Assembly: GCA_050943375.1 (NCBI GenBank)
Contig: JBMNPB010000001.1
Location: forward strand, 102,278 to 166,277
DNA: 64,000 nucleotides
From: a bacterium
GTDB taxonomy: Bacteria > Bacillota > SLNR01 > JBMNPB01
Direction: 5' to 3'
Below the pieces are notes generated by a model. The model was not told the DNA's origin, searched no databases, and saw only the letters and a program-made list of their open reading frames with translations. Positions 20,753 through 27,785 of this stretch are shown here, in pieces; the first letter of the stretch is position 1, and the number at the start of each line of letters is the position of its first letter. Position numbers and translations under genes: made by a program.

Positions 20753-22480
20753 ATGGTATCGCTGAACATCGACGGGCGGAACGTCAGCGTTGAACCCGGG
20801 ACGACTGTGCTGCACGCGGCAGAAAAAGCCGGGATTCACATTCCGACCCTTTGTTATCTGAAAGACATCAACTGCATCGGCGCCTGCCGGGTTTGCGTAG
20901 TGGAAGTCGAAGGCGCTCGGGCGCTGCAGACCGCCTGCACTTATCCGGTGGCGGAAGGCATGGTCGTGAAGACCAACACCCCGGCAGTGCGGGCGGCGAG
21001 GAAAGCGGTAGTCGAATTAATCTTGTCCGACCACCCCCAAGACTGTCTGACTTGTTTCCGCAATCAGAACTGCGAGCTGCAGAAACTGGCCCAAGATCTC
21101 AATGTCCGGGAAGTCCGTTTCGCCGGCGAACAGACCCATCATCCCATCGATGCCTCCAGCCTGGCAATCGTCCGTGAACCGGACAAATGCATTCTTTGCC
21201 GGCGCTGCATCAGTGTCTGCCAGCAAGTGCAGGGCGTTCACGCCATCGGAATGGCGGAGCGGGGCTTCAAAAGCCTCGTCACCCCGGTTTTCGGGGAGGA
21301 CTTGGCTGACGTCGCCTGCGCCAATTGCGGCCAATGCGTTCTCGCCTGCCCGACCGGCGCTCTGCACGAGAAAGACGATACCGATAAAGTCTGGGCGGCC
21401 TTGACCGATCCGACGAAGCATGTCATCATTCAGACGGCTCCGGCCGTCCGGGTTGCAGTGGGCGAGGAGATGGGAATGGAGCCCGGGAGCCTCGTTACCG
21501 GCAAGATGGTGGCTGCGATCCGGCGGCTTGGCTCTGACAAAGTGTTTGACACCGACTTTACGGCCGATCTGACGATAATGGAAGAAGGGCACGAATTGCT
21601 GCACCGTTTGAACAACGGCGGCAAGCTGCCGATGATCACCTCCTGCAGCCCCGGCTGGATCAAGTATATTGAGCATTTTTACCCGAATCTTCTGGAGCAT
21701 CTCTCGACGTGCAAATCACCGCAGCAGATGTTCGGGGCACTGGCCAAGACGTATTACGCGGAGAAGGAAGGCATCGACCCGAAAGATATTGTCAGCGTTT
21801 CGGTAATGCCCTGCACGGCGAAGAAGTTCGAAGCCAAGCGGCCGGAAATGGATGACAGCGGCTATCAGGATGTGGATATCGCGATTACGACCCGGGAACT
21901 GGGCAGGATGTTCCGGGAAGCTGGGTTAGATTTTGCGAATCTGCCGGAGGAAGAATACGACGCTCCGCTGGGAATCAGCACCGGCGCCGGTGTTATCTTC
22001 GGCGCGACGGGCGGCGTCATGGAAGCGGCCCTGCGCACGGTGTACGAAGTCGTGACCGGCAAGACGCTGGAAAAAGTCGAGTTCACGGCGGTCCGGGGCC
22101 TGGAAGGCATCAAAGAAGCAACGGTTCAGGCTGGTGACATACCGGTGAAGGTGGCGGTAGCGCACGGCCTTGCCAATGCCCGGAAGATAATGGATCTGAT
22201 TCAAGACGGAAAAGCCGATTATCAATTCATCGAAATCATGTGCTGCCCGGGCGGGTGTATTGGTGGCGGCGGCCAGCCAATCCCGACCAATACCAAAATA
22301 CGCGGCAAGCGGGCGATGGCCATCTACACCGCGGATGAACTCTCAGTTATCCGCAAATCCCATGAAAACCCGGCGGTGCAGACATTGTACAAAGAATTCC
22401 TGGAGAAGCCCCTCGGGGAAAAATCCCATCATCTGCTGCACACTCATTACACGAAGCGGCCAAAATACCCGAAGGTTTAG
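20753..22480 (+). CDS. hydA: [FeFe]-hydrogenase catalytic subunit with NuoG-like N-terminal FeS domains and variant H-cluster motifs
   Basis: N-terminal 2Fe-2S and 4Fe-4S domains. H-cluster motifs: L1 ITSCSPGW (21632-21658), L2 MPCTAKKFE and L3 EIMCCPGGCIGGGGQP. ATG 20753 with RBS aaggag. Confidence 0.9.
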   Translation: MVSLNIDGRNVSVEPGTTVLHAAEKAGIHIPTLCYLKDINCIGACRVCVVEVEGARALQTACTYPVAEGMVVKTNTPAVRAARKAVVELILSDHPQDCLTCFRNQNCELQKLAQDLNVREVRFAGEQTHHPIDASSLAIVREPDKCILCRRCISVCQQVQGVHAIGMAERGFKSLVTPVFGEDLADVACANCGQCVLACPTGALHEKDDTDKVWAALTDPTKHVIIQTAPAVRVAVGEEMGMEPGSLVTGKMVAAIRRLGSDKVFDTDFTADLTIMEEGHELLHRLNNGGKLPMITSCSPGWIKYIEHFYPNLLEHLSTCKSPQQMFGALAKTYYAEKEGIDPKDIVSVSVMPCTAKKFEAKRPEMDDSGYQDVDIAITTRELGRMFREAGLDFANLPEEEYDAPLGISTGAGVIFGATGGVMEAALRTVYEVVTGKTLEKVEFTAVRGLEGIKEATVQAGDIPVKVAVAHGLANARKIMDLIQDGKADYQFIEIMCCPGGCIGGGGQPIPTNTKIRGKRAMAIYTADELSVIRKSHENPAVQTLYKEFLEKPLGEKSHHLLHTHYTKRPKYPKV

Positions 22481-22600
22481 GCAGGTGGAAAGGGGAAGCG
22501 GGGAGGAGAGAAAACATTGCCTTACCTGCTCTCTGGATGGGCGACAAAGAAAAGGCCGAGGCGGCCCAATCTCCCCGGCAACACTTAAAAGCAAAGAACG

Positions 22601-22644
22601 GGACTGTTCCCTTCCGGCAAGGAGGAGGACAGTCCTTTTATTTG
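22601..22644 (+). terminator. rho-independent terminator after hydA
   Basis: Long bulged stem ggactgttccctt/aaggaggaggacagtcc followed by ttttatttg. Confidence 0.6.
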
Positions 22645-22785
22645 ATGGATATGCTTAGCCAGGGCGGAAGTAATGAGATGATATTAACTGTCTCCAAAAA
22701 ACCGCCGCCCGCAATCTGACTGCTGCCGGGAGGTAAGCGGCGCAAGCGGACCGTCATCCCCGGGCAGCCCGTAGACATAGGCAAG

Positions 22786-23125
22786 CGCATCTCTGCGCCA
22801 GGCATAGCGGGAGGCGTTCAGGTACGAGCGGCTCGTTCTGGGCCTCAATTTCCTGCGGATAAGGCGTACCCTGAGATGCTCGCGATTCTCGCGCCGTTGG
22901 CCGACACGCTTATTCTGACTAAACCCGACAGCCCGCGGGCGGCAGAGCCGGAAGAACTGCAGGTGATCGCTGCCCGGTTCCAGAGCGATATCCGCCTGCA
23001 GGCAACAGTCGGGCAAGCGGTCGACGCGGCTTTGCGCATCGCCCGTCCGGCCGACCTTGTGTGCATTGCCGGGTCTTTGTATACAGTCGGCGCAAGTCGC
23101 GATAGATGGGGAAAATCGGCTTAAA
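22786..23125 (+). pseudogene. displaced partial copy of the folC 3' end (codons ~323-431), paired with 15383-15718
   Basis: The 82-aa ORF 22876-23124 is near-identical to the FolC C-terminus (MLAILAPLADTLILTKPD…SLYTVGASRDRW). It has no 5' part of the gene and no RBS. Confidence 0.8.
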
Positions 23126-23388
23126 ACAAAGATTACCCGATAACAACTGCTTTGACTTTTCGGGCTTTTTTAGCTAAGATGAAACTTAAAGAGAGCAGTC
23201 GGAGCAGCCAAATTACACCAAAGCGGAAATTAACTGTCTGTTGCAGGGATTCCGCAAAATTTGTCTAACACATAAATAGTTCAAAACATCACAAAATATT
23301 TTGTCGTCGACGGGCGGCAATATTATGATTGCAAAATTAGTATATATTTAATATCATTGCCGGGCGGGCGATTGGGGAGGTTAGAAAT

Positions 23389-23742
23389 TTGCCTCTTGTT
23401 CTTGAAGATGTTCGTCGTATTCTGGACGCGGAAATCATCAGCGGGGAAGAGAGGCTGGAGCGCCCAGTCGCTACGGTTTGCGCCTCCGATATGATGAGCG
23501 ATGTCCTAACGGTTGCCAAGGAACACGCAATCCTGCTTACGAGTCTCGCCAATCAGTATGTCATCCGCACGGCCGAAATAACCGATCTGGATGCGATTGT
23601 GTTTGTCTGCGGCAAGCGGCCGGATGCTGCCGCTACCGCTTTGGCCCGCCGAGTCGGCATGCCCCTTATGGCGACCGGCAAAACAATGTTTGAAAGCTGC
23701 GGCCTGTTGTATGGACATGGATTTAGGAGTGTTGCGCAGTAA
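23389..23742 (+). CDS. DRTGG-domain protein
   Basis: 117 aa. DRTGG-type fold signature (…DMMSDVLT…AILLTSLAN…DLDAIVFVCG…). TTG start after RBS ggggagg. Confidence 0.7.
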   Translation: MPLVLEDVRRILDAEIISGEERLERPVATVCASDMMSDVLTVAKEHAILLTSLANQYVIRTAEITDLDAIVFVCGKRPDAAATALARRVGMPLMATGKTMFESCGLLYGHGFRSVAQ

Positions 23743-23777
23743 AGCGGGGCGGTCTGGGAGCAGTGGGAGGAAAAAGA

Positions 23778-24245
23778 ATGGCTGGCGAGGAAAGTAGCGG
23801 GAGAAAGTCCGCCCCTGTGCTGACAATGTCGTTCCCGGTCAACTACCGGAACTTCGGAGCGGTCGGGGAAGCCGCCAGCCGAATTAAGACCGCGCTTCAA
23901 AAAATCGGCGTACCGCCTCCGATTATCCGACGGGTGGCAGTTGCCGCTTATGAAACGGCAATGAATATCGCAATTCACGCCGAGCGGGGCGACCTTATCT
24001 TAATCATCAACCCCGACTGCATCGAGATTTTAGCGGAAGACACCGGAGCCGGAATTGCTGATTTGGAGATGGCCATGCAGGAGGGGTATTCGACTGCCCC
24101 CGATTATATCCGGAAAATGGGTTTCGGTGCCGGAATGGGACTGCCCAACAGCAAGCGCTGTGCCGATATATTTGAACTCCGCTCTCAACTCGGCAAAGGT
24201 ACGACAGTCTACATCCGGATTAATGTTCCGGAACAAGCCGAATAA
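23778..24245 (+). CDS. GHKL ATPase (anti-sigma-factor/RsbW-SpoIIAB-like HATPase_c) protein
   Basis: HATPase_c N-, G1- and G2-boxes (…AYETAMNIAIHA…, DTGAGI, GFGAGMGL). ATG 23778 with RBS gggagg. Confidence 0.7.
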   Translation: MAGEESSGRKSAPVLTMSFPVNYRNFGAVGEAASRIKTALQKIGVPPPIIRRVAVAAYETAMNIAIHAERGDLILIINPDCIEILAEDTGAGIADLEMAMQEGYSTAPDYIRKMGFGAGMGLPNSKRCADIFELRSQLGKGTTVYIRINVPEQAE

Positions 24246-24313
24246 CGATGAAAAGAAACAGCCGGCTCGGTAACGCCCCGGGCCGGGGAGAGAAGGCAAG
24301 CGAGGTGAGAAGA

Positions 24314-24652
24314 ATGAAACTGGGAGACCTGGCCAGGGAGCTAGGTCTGCGGGTCTGCAGCGGACAGGAGTATCTGGAGCGAGAAGTGACCGGGGGTTAT
24401 TGCTCGGACATGCTCAGTGACGTCATGGCTCATGCGCAGGAAGGCAATATTTGGCTGACTATCCAGACTCATCAGAACATCGTCGCGGTGGCTTCTCTCC
24501 TCGGGCTGTGCGCCATTGTTATTACCGGCGGTGGTGAACCGGATGCGGACACGCTGGGAAAAGCCCAAAAAGAGGAAGTCGCTATTCTTACCACTGCGTG
24601 GTTTTCATTTGAAACAGGCGGCCGGATTTATCAACTGCTGGCCAAAGGATAG
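24314..24652 (+). CDS. DRTGG-domain protein (second copy)
   Basis: Paralogous to 23389-23742 (…GYCSDMLSDVMA…IWLTIQTHQN…AIVITGG…). ATG 24314 with RBS gaggtgag. Confidence 0.7.
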   Translation: MKLGDLARELGLRVCSGQEYLEREVTGGYCSDMLSDVMAHAQEGNIWLTIQTHQNIVAVASLLGLCAIVITGGGEPDADTLGKAQKEEVAILTTAWFSFETGGRIYQLLAKG

Positions 24653-25079
24653 CCGCGGCAAAATTACGGCCGGGCATGCTGAAAGCTTTGTGGCGCCGGA
24701 GCCGAAATGCCGGCGATACGATATCGCCCAGATTGGGGCGGAAAGAGTCAGCATAATTACTGACGACCGCAAAAGAGATCTGCTCGTCAGAGTTTTCGAC
24801 GTCCGCTGACCAGAAGTTTCAGACCGGGAGCGAACGCAGATTGGAACGGCTGAATCGCTACGGTAAAATCAGCCCCGCTGTACGGACCGAGCAGAATGAA
24901 AAGGTGGTGATAGCCAGTCATATGCGCGCCAGTATCCGAAAGCCGGAGTTTTTCACCCGGCACGAAAGCTTCTCCGGGATATTTGCGGAACTGGTTCTAT
25001 CAGATTTGAGTAATACCGCCGGGTCAGGCAGCGCGAGTTGCCGGTTTTCCTGAATAACCGCCTCTGTTTGGGTCTGCAA

Positions 25080-25114
25080 TTATGGCTGAAATATGAGAGC
25101 GGCTATGGTATAAT
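25080..25114 (+). promoter_or_regulatory. extended -10 promoter (TGgTATAAT) upstream of the fdh module
   Basis: tggtataat at 25106-25114. Weak -35. Confidence 0.4.
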
Positions 25115-25158
25115 GCCAGCGTGTGTGCAATTTTTCACAAATTTTGCTCAAATCCATA

Positions 25159-25677
25159 ATGAAGCTGAGGGAGGTGTTTTCATTGGCAAAACGCAAGACG
25201 GTTGTACCGTTTCAGGGCACAGCAGAGCAGGAAGCGAAGCTTCTGGAGATTATCGAGAAGCATAAAGGGGTGCAAGGCGCATTGATGCCGGTCCTGCAGC
25301 AGGCCCAGGATCTTTACGGCTATCTTCCCATCGAGGTCCAGAGAATCATTGCCGATAAGATGGGCTTGCCGCTGTCGGAGGTCTATGGCGTAGCTACGTT
25401 CTACGCACAGTTCACTCTCAATCCGAAAGGCAAGCACCAGATTGCAGTCTGTCTGGGGACTGCTTGCTATGTAAAGGGTTCGGGCGCGGTGATTGAACGT
25501 ATCGGCCAGAAGCTCGGCATCGAACCGGGCGGGATTACCCCGGACGGCTTGTTCTCGCTGGAGGCGACACGTTGCATCGGCGCTTGCGGACTGGCGCCGG
25601 CGATGACCATCGACGGCAAGGTTTACGGCCGCCTGACTCCGGCAGATGTGGATGAAATCATTGATTCATACAAGTAG
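25159..25677 (+). CDS. NuoE-like [2Fe-2S] subunit (paralog of hydC) of the formate dehydrogenase module
   Basis: Same NuoE signature (GTACYVKGS…RCIGACGLAP). Start ambiguous: ATG 25159, or TTG 25183 after gagggagg. Confidence 0.85.
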   Translation: MKLREVFSLAKRKTVVPFQGTAEQEAKLLEIIEKHKGVQGALMPVLQQAQDLYGYLPIEVQRIIADKMGLPLSEVYGVATFYAQFTLNPKGKHQIAVCLGTACYVKGSGAVIERIGQKLGIEPGGITPDGLFSLEATRCIGACGLAPAMTIDGKVYGRLTPADVDEIIDSYK

Positions 25678-25738
25678 GACGAGTCTTGGCTTTAACGACT
25701 CGCAGCAATTGTGAAAAATCATAAGGAGGTGTATTCCT

Positions 25739-27598
25739 ATGAAATCCCTGGCGGAACTTGCCGAATACCGGGAAAAAGTGAAGGCTGAATGCAATTTGCG
25801 TCAAGACAAATCGGACGACACGCGGGTGTTGGTCGGTTATGCGACATGCGGAATTGCAGCCGGCGCTACCCCGGTGCTGGACGCCTTTATCGAAGAAGTT
25901 GGCAAACGTCGACTCCCGAAAGTGATGGTGACCCAGACCGGCTGTATCGGTATCTGTAAGCTCGAACCAGTGGTGGAAATCCTCGAGCCCGGCAAAGAAA
26001 AAGTGACCTATGTGGAATTGACTCCGGATAAGGTGGAAAAAATCGTCACAGAGCATCTGCAAAACGGCCGGGTGGTCGATGAATACACGATCGGCGCCCA
26101 TGAGGAAGGCATCCAGAGTCTGAACGACAGCAAGTTTTACAAGAAGCAGCGACGCGTGGCGCTGCGGAACTCCGGAATCATCAATCCAGAGTCAATCGAC
26201 GAATACATCGCCCGTGACGGTTATGAAGCGCTCGGGCGCGTGCTGACCAGCATGCAACCGGAAGACGTCATCGCTACCATCAAGAATTCCGGCCTGCGTG
26301 GCCGTGGCGGTGCCGGCTTCCCGACCGGCCTGAAGTGGCAGTTCGCTGCGGCCAGCCCCGGACCGGTGAAATATGTCTGCTGCAACGCCGACGAAGGCGA
26401 CCCCGGCGCGTTCATGGACAGATCGGTGCTGGAAGGCGATCCCCACGCTTTGCTGGAGGCGATGACTATCGCCGGTTACGCCATAGGTGCGCATCAAGGA
26501 TATATCTATGTCCGGGCTGAGTATCCGACCGCAATCAAGCGCCTGCAGATCGCTATCGACCAAGCGCATAAATACGGTTTCCTGGGCAAAAACATCTTTA
26601 ACACCGGTTTCGATTTTGATCTGGAACTGAGGCTTGGCTCGGGTGCGTTCGTGTGCGGCGAGGAGACGGCGCTGATGATCTCCATCGAAGGTAAGCGCGG
26701 TGAGCCCAGACCCCGGCCGCCTTTCCCGGCAGTCAAAGGTCTGTTTGACAAGCCCACTATTCTGAACAACGTTGAGACTTACGCTAATATCCCGCGCATT
26801 ATTCTGAACGGCGCCGACTGGTTCTCCGCCGTCGGAACCGAAAAATCGAAAGGCACCAAAGTGTTCTGCCTGGTCGGCAAAATCAACAACACCGGCTTGG
26901 TGGAAATCCCGATGGGTACAACTTTGCGGGAGGTAATCGAGGAAATCGGCGGCGGCATCCAGGGCGGCAAGAAATTTAAGGCAGCGCAGACCGGCGGTCC
27001 CTCGGGCGGCTGCATCCCCGCATCCTTAATCGATACACCCATCGATTACGATAACCTCGTCGCCATCGGCGCGATGATGGGCTCGGGCGGTCTCATCGTT
27101 ATGGATGAGGACACATGCATGGTGGACATCGCTAAGTTCTTCCTGGAATTCACGGCCGAGGAGTCCTGCGGTAAGTGCACACCCTGCCGCATCGGAACGA
27201 AACGTCTGCTGGAAATGCTCGAGAAGATCACCCGTGGCGAAGGCACACTGGAACTGCTTGACGACATGGAAGAGCTGTGTAACGGCATCAAAAACAACAG
27301 CCTTTGCGCCCTCGGTCAGACAGCCCCGAACCCGGTTCTGTCAACGCTGCGCTATTTCCGGGATGAATATGTTGCCCATGTGGTCGACAAAAAATGCCCG
27401 GCTGGTGTTTGTAGGGATCTGCTGTCCTATGAGATTGACGCCGACAAGTGCATCGGCTGCACGGCTTGTGCCAGAGCCTGCCCGGCGGGTGCCATCTCCG
27501 GCAAGGTTAAGGAAAAGCATGTTATCGATAAGGCCAAGTGCATCAAGTGCGGCGCTTGCCTCGAAGCTTGTAAGTTCGGCGCCGTCGCCAAGAAATAA
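25739..27598 (+). CDS. NuoF-like NAD(H)-binding flavo-FeS subunit with fused N-terminal thioredoxin-like ferredoxin domain (paralog of hydB)
   Basis: GLRGRGGAGFPTGLKW, CGKCTPCR and C-terminal 2x[4Fe-4S] motifs. Collinear with 18905-20698. Confidence 0.9.
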   Translation: MKSLAELAEYREKVKAECNLRQDKSDDTRVLVGYATCGIAAGATPVLDAFIEEVGKRRLPKVMVTQTGCIGICKLEPVVEILEPGKEKVTYVELTPDKVEKIVTEHLQNGRVVDEYTIGAHEEGIQSLNDSKFYKKQRRVALRNSGIINPESIDEYIARDGYEALGRVLTSMQPEDVIATIKNSGLRGRGGAGFPTGLKWQFAAASPGPVKYVCCNADEGDPGAFMDRSVLEGDPHALLEAMTIAGYAIGAHQGYIYVRAEYPTAIKRLQIAIDQAHKYGFLGKNIFNTGFDFDLELRLGSGAFVCGEETALMISIEGKRGEPRPRPPFPAVKGLFDKPTILNNVETYANIPRIILNGADWFSAVGTEKSKGTKVFCLVGKINNTGLVEIPMGTTLREVIEEIGGGIQGGKKFKAAQTGGPSGGCIPASLIDTPIDYDNLVAIGAMMGSGGLIVMDEDTCMVDIAKFFLEFTAEESCGKCTPCRIGTKRLLEMLEKITRGEGTLELLDDMEELCNGIKNNSLCALGQTAPNPVLSTLRYFRDEYVAHVVDKKCPAGVCRDLLSYEIDADKCIGCTACARACPAGAISGKVKEKHVIDKAKCIKCGACLEACKFGAVAKK

Positions 27599-27785
27599 GC
27601 GATATTCTTGTCTGCATCCCGTTTAAGGCGGGATCCGGCTGCGGCCGTCCTGGCGCCGCCGGCAATGAAGCCAGCGGTTTTTGTCTCGTCAGAGAAAGAA
27701 GGCGGACGGCTGACCGGGGTGCAGGTGTCGCTTCATCATCACACAACAAGGATTCACTTCAGTGAATTCACGAGGAGGGATAACC

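Noticed and set aside
20129-20839. 236-aa minus-strand ORF spanning the hydB/hydA junction
   Set aside because: Antisense to two strongly supported FeS-protein genes.
22876-23124. 82-aa ORF as a functional small gene
   Set aside because: It is a near-identical duplicate of the FolC C-terminus without a promoter, RBS or the rest of the domain. Interpreted as a displaced gene fragment (pseudogene/repeat).
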